This document shows positions 37,960 through 46,616 of a DNA stretch of 64,000 bases, piece after piece. The translations under genes and the position numbers were made by a program. Below the pieces are notes generated by a model. That model did no database searches, was not told where the DNA came from, and saw only the letters and a program-made list of their open reading frames with translations. The stretch spans positions 70,911 through 134,910 of the forward strand of contig JAYOYH010000006.1 of NCBI GenBank assembly GCA_038153405.1. Reading direction: 5' to 3'. Every line of letters begins with the position of its first letter. The first letter of the stretch is position 1. The DNA comes from Gemmatimonadota bacterium (GTDB taxonomy: Bacteria; Latescibacterota; UBA2968; UBA8231).

Positions 37960-39318
37960 ATGAGAATGTTTATTGCTGCGGCGTTAATGTGGGTTATGAT
38001 CGCGTTAGCTTGCTCAGAACGCGCATTGGCTGACGAGCCGGTGCTCGTTGCGCGCATTGGCGACCGTACACTGTCGGTCCAGCAGTTTGAAGATATGGCC
38101 AGAGAGCTCAAACAGACGGGCTATAGCCGCGTTGCGCAATACAATGCCGAGGGCAAGCGCACCCTACTCGACGGCATAATTGCCCGCCAGCTCTTGATTA
38201 TGGAAGGCGTGCGCAGAGGATACGATCGCGACTCGACTATTCAGGGGACCGTCGATAAGAGCGAGCGCAAGATGCTGATGATGGAGCTGTATGAGCGCCA
38301 AGCAGTTCAGCCATCATACCGCTTTACTGAAGACGAACTGCGCGCATTTTTTCACGAGTATCAATATGACGTGGAAGTGCTGAGCCAGCACATCGTCTGC
38401 ACCAGTCAGGAGCGCGCGCTCGAGGTCTTAGCAGCGCTCAAGGCCGGTGCGGTTTTTGAATCGCTCGTCGGCACCTATTCGACCCAGAATATTATCGCGC
38501 GCTTTGGTCCCAAGGGATGGGTGGGCTGGTTTAAGATCGGCGATGTGATGGAGCCGCTAAAAGAGCCGCTGAGCACCATGCCGATTGGCAGCCTCTATCC
38601 CCAACCGGTGCTCACGGCTATGGGGTACCACGTATTTCGCCTGGCCGAACGCCGTTCCATTGAATTTTCGGCCGCGCGCGAGCTGATGGAAAAGCAGGCG
38701 CTCGTGCAGCGTCGCGCTGACGATATGGAGCGCTACGTGCATAGCTTGCGCGCCCGCTACCAGCTGCGCTGCGATGAAGAAGCGCTGGCCAAGTGGTCTG
38801 ATGCGTCCGCGTATGACCGCACCCTGTGCACGTGGGAGGGCGGCGAACTGACGAAAGGTGATTATATGGATGCTGTCGCCGCCGGCAGTGCCCATGCGCC
38901 GGGTAGTAGCACCGGCGATATGCTGCTGCGAGACGCCGACAATTTATCCGGCAAGCAAATCATGCTGGCCGAAGCGCGTCTGCTGGGGCTCGATCGAGAC
39001 GAGACAATTCGCAGCCGGATCGATGCCGAGCGCGACAAGCTGATCGTTGGCAAACTCTTTCGCACAGAAGTTACAAAGCGCACGGCGCCGATATCAGACA
39101 GCGATGTGCGCGCCTTTTACGACGACCATATCGGCGACTTTACGCGCGAAGATGGCAAGGTGACGGAGTTCGAATTTTTGCGTGAAAGCATTCGCACCGC
39201 TATGCAAAACGACGCGCAAAACAAGGCGATGGACGAGCTTTTGAATGAGCTGAGACAGGTGTTTGAAGGGCAGGTGGAGATTTTTCCCGAGGGGCTCGAT
39301 CTGGCATTTTCCGAGTGA
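37960..39318 (+). CDS. Exported parvulin (PpiC)/SurA-PrsA-like peptidyl-prolyl isomerase chaperone, probably a lipoprotein
   Basis: IALACS lipobox-like; VLVARIG; SQHIVC..GAVFESLV..YS..GWVGWF..PVLTAMGYHVFR parvulin pattern; start among 37951/37960/37966. Confidence 0.78.
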   Translation: MRMFIAAALMWVMIALACSERALADEPVLVARIGDRTLSVQQFEDMARELKQTGYSRVAQYNAEGKRTLLDGIIARQLLIMEGVRRGYDRDSTIQGTVDKSERKMLMMELYERQAVQPSYRFTEDELRAFFHEYQYDVEVLSQHIVCTSQERALEVLAALKAGAVFESLVGTYSTQNIIARFGPKGWVGWFKIGDVMEPLKEPLSTMPIGSLYPQPVLTAMGYHVFRLAERRSIEFSAARELMEKQALVQRRADDMERYVHSLRARYQLRCDEEALAKWSDASAYDRTLCTWEGGELTKGDYMDAVAAGSAHAPGSSTGDMLLRDADNLSGKQIMLAEARLLGLDRDETIRSRIDAERDKLIVGKLFRTEVTKRTAPISDSDVRAFYDDHIGDFTREDGKVTEFEFLRESIRTAMQNDAQNKAMDELLNELRQVFEGQVEIFPEGLDLAFSE

Positions 39319-39330
39319 ACAGAAAGTCGA

Positions 39331-39378
39331 TTAAACGCAGATGGCCGCCGGACTGTTCCGGCGGCCATCTGCGTTTAA
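39331..39378. terminator. Perfect 22-bp stem hairpin between convergent operons (probable bidirectional terminator)
   Basis: TTAAACGCAGATGGCCGCCGGA-CTGT-TCCGGCGGCCATCTGCGTTTAA. Confidence 0.8.
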
Positions 39379-39384
39379 AGTCGA

Positions 39385-42036
39385 TTAACGCTCGGTGCCC
39401 AATCCCGCGTATACGCTGATAAAGGAGAAGAATTCCGACGCCGCCGGCGCTTCGTCGAAATTGCTGTGAATCCAGCGCACGCCGACGTTGGAGGTCAGCG
39501 AGTAGCCCAAGTATGCCGAGCTGTTGGCCACCTGAGCGGCTAGGATCCACGTCTTGCCGTCGAGCAAGTAGCCGGAGGGCAGGGGATCGGGCTTATTGCG
39601 CAAGTTGTTGAATATCTCGTATTCGCTGCCGGCAATAAAGCGCATGTTCTTATTGATGGGGCGCACGGCCTGCAGCGACAGGATTTGCGTCAATTCGCGC
39701 TGCTTTAGGCTGCCGCGCTGCGCTGGCGTGCGGTCGCTGTATATTTGCTTCCAGCGCGGAATGAGCGTCCAGCTTTTAACGTCGGTAGCGTATTCGCCCT
39801 TGGTAACCACGCCGAAGAAGCGCTGGTCGCGCAGACCGTCGGGTGCCGAACCAAGTTGGTCGTAAAACTCGTGCTTGATTTTGGCCGTCAGCGGCAGGTA
39901 GCGATCGTAGTGCACTTCCAAATAGGTCGTATTGATAAACGCATCGCGCGCGGCGAGAATATCGCGGGTAAAAATCGAGCGTCCGAACGTGCCCGGCAGG
40001 TCTTTCCACAGCAGCACGTCGTCGGGTATATCGTCCTGCACCTTGCGCGGGTTGACGACCATCCACACGCTCAGATCGCGCTCCGGGTATTCTTTCTTCG
40101 CGGTGAGCAGCAGATACGCCGACTGGTTTTCACGCGAAGTCTTTAGCAAGCGTTGGTCCAGATAGCCGACCATGAGCGTGGTGCGGGGAACGATTTCGAC
40201 GGTGGCATAGGCATTGTATCCCCTGCGGCCCAACTTATAGGGGTAATCCGCTTCTTCGTCGTCTTCAAAGCGGTCGATGACGCCGTTGTTGTTCATATCC
40301 AAGCCGAAGAGAAAATCCGGCGACTCGACTTCAAAACGCAGAAAGGGTTCGTCGTAGTCGGGCTGCGAATTGAAGTTGCGGTTGAAATCGGATATGTCGT
40401 CGTTGTCTTCGTCGATGCCCGGAAAGACGGCCACGTCGGAGTACAGGCCTTGTCCTTGGCGCGTATTAACGCGCGTGCCGTACGAGCGTCGCGTCCAGTC
40501 TGGCAGTTCGTCTTGGTCGTCGTTATCGTCGACAAATTCGTAGATGTGGCGCTGTTCGTTGTCGTAGAATACCTGACCCTCGGCATTGGGCATAAAGGCG
40601 CGGGTGCTGTAGTCTGGATCAATGCTGAACAATTCGCCGAAAATCGTCCACGGATAGCTGCGCTTCTGCGCCGTCAGGTAAAAGGCGTCGGCTTTGTTGG
40701 TGGCCCGCTTCTGATCGCGCGGAAAGTTTTCGTTGGGAAAGCGTCGATACTGGAAGTTGCGCACGAATTCGCCCTTGATATCGAGACCGCCTACGTCGGC
40801 TATGGACAGGTCGAATCCCAGCATGCGCGTGGCGGTAGGCAAACCGTAACTGAAGCGGTGAAAGGTCTGGTTGGATCCGTCTTTCACATTGCCCGAGGCA
40901 CGCAGCACCGGCAGGTAGACGGGTGTGCCGAGGTTATTCGTCTGCTTATTGGACGTTATGTCTACGCGGTAGTCGTTGGCCAGAACCAGACCAATTTCTA
41001 TGCGCTCAATTTCGCGGAAGTCGTCGATTTCATCTTGCACGCTCGGCGAAAAATCCTCGATGTTGAAGGTCAGGGTGATTACGTCCGTGCCGCTCGCTTC
41101 TATGACGCCGCGTCGGCGCACGCCGCCTTCGACCGTCGGTATAATATCGTCGGTGTGCTCGACGCCGTTTACAAAGATACGCCAACGCGATAGGAGAGCG
41201 CCGCCCTCGCCATCTTCGGGCGAGTCGTCCGATATGCGCACTACGACGGAACGCACGAAGTCGGCGTTCATCGGGCCGCTCAATAAGCCGCTGAGCGAGT
41301 TATCGCCGAAGGGCACGTTCGAGTTGCGATGTGCCGCGTTGACAAAGGTTGCCCCCATGCTGGCAAAATCGCCGACCTGTACGCGGCCACGCGCCGCCAT
41401 CAAGTTGGTAAACGTGCCGGCCTGCACGCCGCCGCCAATTTCCGTGCTGGATATTTCACCGGTATTGCTCACGCGCGACGACAGTAGAGTCACAGCGTAT
41501 TTGTCGGTCATAAAGTCCCACTGAATACCGTCGAAGCGGGGCTTTGAAAAGGTCAGTGGCGTCAGCGTCGTGCGGATGCCATCGCCGACCATGAGCGACG
41601 AGTGGAATTCTCCCGAATGGCTCGACGAGATGAGCAGGTTGTTGAACCAGGAGCGGAATTTTGGGTTCTTGGTGATGATGCTGCCGTTGTCCACTGGATA
41701 GTCTTCCGTCCAGTCATATACTAGCCATCCCTGGGTTATATAGTCGCCGTATATGTCGTAAAACGGCGTGCCCTCGAGAAAGACGTCGGTATAGCGCTCG
41801 TAGTTATTGCGCGCGTAGTTGGAGTACTGTTCCTGGCGCCAATCGTAGAGCGAATACAGACGCTGCGGCAGATACCACTTGCGCACAGAGGGCACGAGCG
41901 TTGCCGGCGAAAGTTCGGTGCCGGTGGTGTAGTAGGGGTTTTCATACCCCGTGACGTTTTGGGCCGTGGACTGGCGAGCCGTCCAAAGAAGCAGGACGGA
42001 CAAGCAGGCCGACAGTATGAGCATATTACGTCTCAC
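39385..42036 (-). CDS. Large exported protein, probable outer-membrane beta-barrel with Asp-rich Ca-binding loops
   Basis: Signal peptide (..STAQ); alternating aromatic/hydrophobic strands in the C-terminal third; DDNDDQD, DEDNDD, DMNNNG motifs. Confidence 0.6.
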   Translation of the reverse strand: MRRNMLILSACLSVLLLWTARQSTAQNVTGYENPYYTTGTELSPATLVPSVRKWYLPQRLYSLYDWRQEQYSNYARNNYERYTDVFLEGTPFYDIYGDYITQGWLVYDWTEDYPVDNGSIITKNPKFRSWFNNLLISSSHSGEFHSSLMVGDGIRTTLTPLTFSKPRFDGIQWDFMTDKYAVTLLSSRVSNTGEISSTEIGGGVQAGTFTNLMAARGRVQVGDFASMGATFVNAAHRNSNVPFGDNSLSGLLSGPMNADFVRSVVVRISDDSPEDGEGGALLSRWRIFVNGVEHTDDIIPTVEGGVRRRGVIEASGTDVITLTFNIEDFSPSVQDEIDDFREIERIEIGLVLANDYRVDITSNKQTNNLGTPVYLPVLRASGNVKDGSNQTFHRFSYGLPTATRMLGFDLSIADVGGLDIKGEFVRNFQYRRFPNENFPRDQKRATNKADAFYLTAQKRSYPWTIFGELFSIDPDYSTRAFMPNAEGQVFYDNEQRHIYEFVDDNDDQDELPDWTRRSYGTRVNTRQGQGLYSDVAVFPGIDEDNDDISDFNRNFNSQPDYDEPFLRFEVESPDFLFGLDMNNNGVIDRFEDDEEADYPYKLGRRGYNAYATVEIVPRTTLMVGYLDQRLLKTSRENQSAYLLLTAKKEYPERDLSVWMVVNPRKVQDDIPDDVLLWKDLPGTFGRSIFTRDILAARDAFINTTYLEVHYDRYLPLTAKIKHEFYDQLGSAPDGLRDQRFFGVVTKGEYATDVKSWTLIPRWKQIYSDRTPAQRGSLKQRELTQILSLQAVRPINKNMRFIAGSEYEIFNNLRNKPDPLPSGYLLDGKTWILAAQVANSSAYLGYSLTSNVGVRWIHSNFDEAPAASEFFSFISVYAGLGTER

Positions 42037-42146
42037 ATCACCCTCCCATGGATGAGTACCAACTTTTAACTAATCGCTTATGGGCGGTGTCTCGTGCCCG
42101 AAATGGATGGGTGAGACACCGTGTTCACTGCGTTGAGAAATGCGTT

Positions 42147-44525
42147 TTAGTACGCGACGCGAACGAGTCGGTGGAGCTGTTCATCGCGCGCGTCCGCGTC
42201 CACTTCAATGCGCACGATGTAGATGCCGGGCGGCACAACTCCTCCCGCATGCGTGCCGTCCCATTCGTAGTGCGAGCGATGGCCTCCGAAGCTCATATCG
42301 GTCAATTCGGTAACGTGCTCGCCGCTGAGCGTAAACACGCGCACCTGCGGTTCGACACCCGTCTTCACCACCGTGAAATTCAACTCGTAGCGGTCGTTGA
42401 CGCCGTCACCGTTGGGCGTGATCCACTGCGAGTCGACCACTTTGCGCACCAGCGAAGTGCCGGAAACAGCATCCGGAACAAAGACCTGAATGGCGCCGTA
42501 CTCGGCTGGAACAACGCCTTGGAAATTTTCTTGCTGTTCGGAGTTGGCAACGGCCGTGTTAAACTCGGTCGGACTTTCGCTAACGCGTGCCCGAAACGTG
42601 ATCTGCACGGAGTCGCCCCGCACTACGGGCGGCGGCAGCTCGACGATCAGCGAATCGCTGCGCAGCGCCGCGCTCGCCTCGACGTCGTTGCCGCCGACGC
42701 TGGCTCCGACAAATTCGGCATCCACACTGCCCGGCGGCAGGTCGATGAGCACGCGGTCAAATCCGGCATCGCTTCTGCCCAAGGCCACGGGCTTGATGGT
42801 ATAGCGAAATGTCTGCAGCGAATCGATCGCCGCTTCGCGCGGTGTAATACGCCCTATTAGGCCAGCGGTGATGACCGGCGAGTTGGCGACAAATTTGATA
42901 CTGCGCAGCTTGGGAAAGACTGCGGCGTCGTCGCTGATGAGGCGCGCGCGGGCACGCAGCCACTGGCGCGGCGACGGCGAGAGAAACGCTTGGCCCGAGA
43001 AGCGCTGCGGCAGACTCCAACTGCTCCAGGTATCGTCGCGCACGCGCTCTTCGACAATATCGCCGCGGTTGCGCGATTTGGCCGCATCGTAGGCGTCTTT
43101 TGTCACTTCTTTGCCGTTGGACAAGAAGTAGCGCTGCAAGGTGTCAAAGCCGTTGCCGGTTTGCGTCTCGATCTCGATTCGGGTACCCGCCGGTAGGTCT
43201 GCATCCCACTCGACAAAGCGTATACTGCGCGCTCCGCCCAGGAAGATGTCGTCCGATTCCAATTCGATCTGAGCCGGGTAGCCCTCGCTGTGAAAGACAA
43301 AGAGCTGCACGGCGCGGTGAAATTGGTCGGGGCGAATTACGCGCCACATCAGCAGGCGCAGCGCGCGCGGAGCAAATTGAAAGTCGAATAAATAGCGGCG
43401 CTTCGAGTTGTCCACGGCAGAGAGCTGTTCATAGAGAAACGGGCCCTCGACGACCGGATCGGAGCGATTGCTCGGCGTGCCGTCCGACGCTAGAAACTCA
43501 AAGCTGCCCCAGAGGCCCTGCTTGTCGCGCTGATAGCCGTAGAGAAACGGCCCTTGGCCAGAGACGATGGGCATCCAGACGATGCGGTCGACGCGGAATA
43601 CATTGCCAAAGTCGATAACCGACCAAACGCCCGAGTCGCGCCAGTTGCCCTTGTCAGACGCCTCGATATTCCAGCCGCGAAACCCGATATCTTGGTCGAT
43701 GAGCGCCTCCGCACCGCTGCCCTTGCCACAGCCGTCGCAGTCGCGGTCCTTGGAAGTCCAGGTGCGTCCTCCCCAATGGGGTAGGTTGTCTTCTACGCGC
43801 GCCTCGGTTTGCACCCGCGTCGACAGGTTAAAGCCGATTCCGTCCACTTCGATTTCGGCCAAGGCGGCATCTGGTGTTTTGCCGGCCGCCTCAAAGCGCA
43901 CAAAGCGCACGATATCAAAGTCCACGTCTTCTTCGCTCGCAAGGTAGTCACCCGTTGCGGGAAAGAGCCCGCTCGTCTTCAGATCGAATTCAACGGTGCT
44001 ACTCGTATTGTTGTTGATCGGCCGGCCGAGACGGTTGTAGACGATGCGCTGAGAGGCGCCGCCGAATACCGGAATGCCGGGACTGACGTATACGGAGAAA
44101 AAGCTGAAAGGGCGCGCCCCGTCTTGGTCTGGAAAAATTATGCGCAGCTTTTCGGCGACTACTGCGCGTCCTAAGTCGATCTCTATCCACCACTTTTCCA
44201 CCTCGTCATCGGCGCTGGGCTGCCACCAGGTGCTGAGATCTTGATCGCCGGCTAGATGGCCAGCGCCGGCATTAGACGGAGTGCGGGCAAAGCGCTGGCC
44301 GTAATCACCTATGACGCTGGCGCGGAACTCGCTGGCGTTGGCTACGGCGTTAAATCCCTTTTCAAAGCGTTTAACGGCGATGCCATCCGACTGCACGTTG
44401 ACCAATCCACGCGGATAACTCCACGTCTCGAAATCGCTGCCGGCAAAGTCGATGTCCTGGGCGTGGCCAATGCCGTAGACGCCCAGCAGGGATAGCAGTA
44501 TGAACAGTCGCAGTATGGTATTCAT
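42147..44525 (-). CDS. Exported protein: two discoidin/F5-8-like domains, WSxWS module, C-terminal FlgD-Ig/'TPNGDG' domain
   Basis: Signal peptide; WIEIDLGR..LAEIEV; TWSSWS; ITPNGDGVND..WDG..VPPGIY. Confidence 0.75.
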   Translation of the reverse strand: MNTILRLFILLSLLGVYGIGHAQDIDFAGSDFETWSYPRGLVNVQSDGIAVKRFEKGFNAVANASEFRASVIGDYGQRFARTPSNAGAGHLAGDQDLSTWWQPSADDEVEKWWIEIDLGRAVVAEKLRIIFPDQDGARPFSFFSVYVSPGIPVFGGASQRIVYNRLGRPINNNTSSTVEFDLKTSGLFPATGDYLASEEDVDFDIVRFVRFEAAGKTPDAALAEIEVDGIGFNLSTRVQTEARVEDNLPHWGGRTWTSKDRDCDGCGKGSGAEALIDQDIGFRGWNIEASDKGNWRDSGVWSVIDFGNVFRVDRIVWMPIVSGQGPFLYGYQRDKQGLWGSFEFLASDGTPSNRSDPVVEGPFLYEQLSAVDNSKRRYLFDFQFAPRALRLLMWRVIRPDQFHRAVQLFVFHSEGYPAQIELESDDIFLGGARSIRFVEWDADLPAGTRIEIETQTGNGFDTLQRYFLSNGKEVTKDAYDAAKSRNRGDIVEERVRDDTWSSWSLPQRFSGQAFLSPSPRQWLRARARLISDDAAVFPKLRSIKFVANSPVITAGLIGRITPREAAIDSLQTFRYTIKPVALGRSDAGFDRVLIDLPPGSVDAEFVGASVGGNDVEASAALRSDSLIVELPPPVVRGDSVQITFRARVSESPTEFNTAVANSEQQENFQGVVPAEYGAIQVFVPDAVSGTSLVRKVVDSQWITPNGDGVNDRYELNFTVVKTGVEPQVRVFTLSGEHVTELTDMSFGGHRSHYEWDGTHAGGVVPPGIYIVRIEVDADARDEQLHRLVRVAY

Positions 44526-44543
44526 ATCCCGTCTCCGACGCGC

Positions 44544-46616
44544 TTAATAGGCTACGCCCAGGTGGGCGATCTGGCTGAATAGGCCGCCGTCCACTTCAAT
44601 TTCAACGCGAACCAAGTAAATGCCCGGCGCAACGACATGACCACTGTCGTTGCGACCGTCCCACGCAACGGCATAAGGTCCGGCCACAGCGCTGTCATCT
44701 AGCAGCGTGGCGACCCGGCGACCGGCAAGGTCAAAGGCGGTTACCCGCAGTGCGCCTCCGTTGACGCTGAATAGGTCGAACGACGCAGTTGCGCGATCGT
44801 TGACGCCGTCGCCGTTGGGTGTGAAGGCGCTGGATGATAGCGCGATGCTACTGAGAATGTCGATTTTGACATCGCTGGCTACGATTTGCACGCCGTCGCT
44901 GGCTACGTCGGCCCGCGCGTTGCCCGCCTCGACGGACTGGGGCAGAGCGATGTCGGTCGAGCGGTTGAGTATGCGCCCTTCGAGGAACACCGACGCCTGA
45001 AATATGGCCGAGTTAAAGCGCAGGCGCAGCGAGCGATCTTCGCGTACGATCTGCGGAAAGACAATGAGGAACTTCCGGTCGGCGCTTTCCAGCGAAAAGT
45101 CGCTGCCCTCGACGGCGGCTTGCCCATCGATTTCAAGACCGACAAACTGGGCCGCGCCCGGCACGTCGAGTTCGATGGTATCGTAGCCCACCCGACCCGT
45201 GCCTGCGACGGTGCGCAGGTCATATGCGAATGCCTGCGGCACGCCCAGCGGGACTTCAACCAGCCTGCTCTGCGCAGCCAACTGCACGTCGTCAATGGAG
45301 ATCTCGGCCAGCGCGCTGTCGGCTAGGAGCGGGGAAATTTCAAAGGCAATGCTGTCGAGCACGCCAAAGGCCATCGGATCTTCGCTGCGAATGTTAAAGC
45401 GAAACTGGAGATACTGCGCCCCGTCGGAAGAGCGGATCTCATCGCCCGACGCTTGGTAGGGAACGGACCACGTGTTCCAGTTTTCGGTGTCGTCTCCGCG
45501 CAGCGCTCTAAAACCGGTGATGCCTTCGGAAAAGCGCTCAACGACGCGCGGCGAGTCGAAATAGGTCGCTTCGTCGACTTCGCTGGGACGACCAAGGTCG
45601 TCGAATACGAAGTAGGTCTTGGGCTCGTCGTCAAAGCCGGCGCGCGTTTGCAGGTCGAGGTGGACGGGGGCATCGGGATCGGCGAAGATCGCGCCGGAAG
45701 TAGCCTGCCGATAGCGGGTAAAGCTCCAGTGCACGCGGCCGAGGCTAACCGGTTCGCCAAAGGAATGCGGGACGGAAATATAGCGCGCTTCCTGTGGGTA
45801 ACCGCGGCCGAATACCTGGATTTCAGCTAGCAGGGTCGTGACCGTCGTCTCACCAAATTTAAAGCGGAGAAACCGCGTAAAAGCTAGTTCGGGGGTGAGG
45901 GAAACGACGCTGGTGTTGTTGGCAAAGGTGCTGCCGAGTATTTCGTCGAGCGGATGATAGCCCACCGAGCCGGTCGACGTATTTTCGTCTTCGAAGATCA
46001 GCCATTCGACGGGCACGTTTGCTCGGCTCACCTCATAGGCGCGAGCAAAGAGGTCGCGTTGGCGCTGATTATCGCTGGTCAGTCCGGTCTGCGGCGGAAA
46101 GAACACGACGCTGTCGACGGGCACGGGCACGCCTAGGTCGATGGTGATGAAGTTGACGCTGTTGGGACGTCCATCAAAGCGCGCGTTGTGCTGGTACGCC
46201 GCCGTCAATTCGTCGCCGTCCACCAGCCCGCGGTACACTTCGGGGGCGAAGGCATCGGTTCCTCCACCGGGCCACAGGCGCGGGTGCCAACCCACTTCGA
46301 GCGTATCGGCTTCGATTTGCCGAGGCCCTTTGTGCAGGCTCCAGCGATAGCCGAAGACGTTGCGCTGGGTCGTGGCAATACCTGTGCGCAGCAGCTGGCG
46401 CGTCAGGGTGTGGCCGCGCGGAACCTCCTGCGGCTGAATCGAGCCGGCGTTGGACGTGTCGTCGAGGGCAATCCAGCGCTCGGCTTGTTCGACCCAAGGC
46501 TGGCCGCCAGAACCGCCAATTACCCAAGTCGTCTGCGCGCCGAGAGGTAGGTTCGAAAGCGCCAGGAGCACTAGGCCTAGTACCGTAGCTGTAAATGGCT
46601 GCGTCGCGCGACTCAA
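44544..46616 (-). CDS. Exported protein, paralog of its neighbours, with C-terminal FlgD-Ig domain
   Basis: Signal peptide; ITIDLGVP..LAEIQVFG; NWNTWS; FTPNGDGVND..WDGRNDSG..APGIY. Confidence 0.75.
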   Translation of the reverse strand: MSRATQPFTATVLGLVLLALSNLPLGAQTTWVIGGSGGQPWVEQAERWIALDDTSNAGSIQPQEVPRGHTLTRQLLRTGIATTQRNVFGYRWSLHKGPRQIEADTLEVGWHPRLWPGGGTDAFAPEVYRGLVDGDELTAAYQHNARFDGRPNSVNFITIDLGVPVPVDSVVFFPPQTGLTSDNQRQRDLFARAYEVSRANVPVEWLIFEDENTSTGSVGYHPLDEILGSTFANNTSVVSLTPELAFTRFLRFKFGETTVTTLLAEIQVFGRGYPQEARYISVPHSFGEPVSLGRVHWSFTRYRQATSGAIFADPDAPVHLDLQTRAGFDDEPKTYFVFDDLGRPSEVDEATYFDSPRVVERFSEGITGFRALRGDDTENWNTWSVPYQASGDEIRSSDGAQYLQFRFNIRSEDPMAFGVLDSIAFEISPLLADSALAEISIDDVQLAAQSRLVEVPLGVPQAFAYDLRTVAGTGRVGYDTIELDVPGAAQFVGLEIDGQAAVEGSDFSLESADRKFLIVFPQIVREDRSLRLRFNSAIFQASVFLEGRILNRSTDIALPQSVEAGNARADVASDGVQIVASDVKIDILSSIALSSSAFTPNGDGVNDRATASFDLFSVNGGALRVTAFDLAGRRVATLLDDSAVAGPYAVAWDGRNDSGHVVAPGIYLVRVEIEVDGGLFSQIAHLGVAY

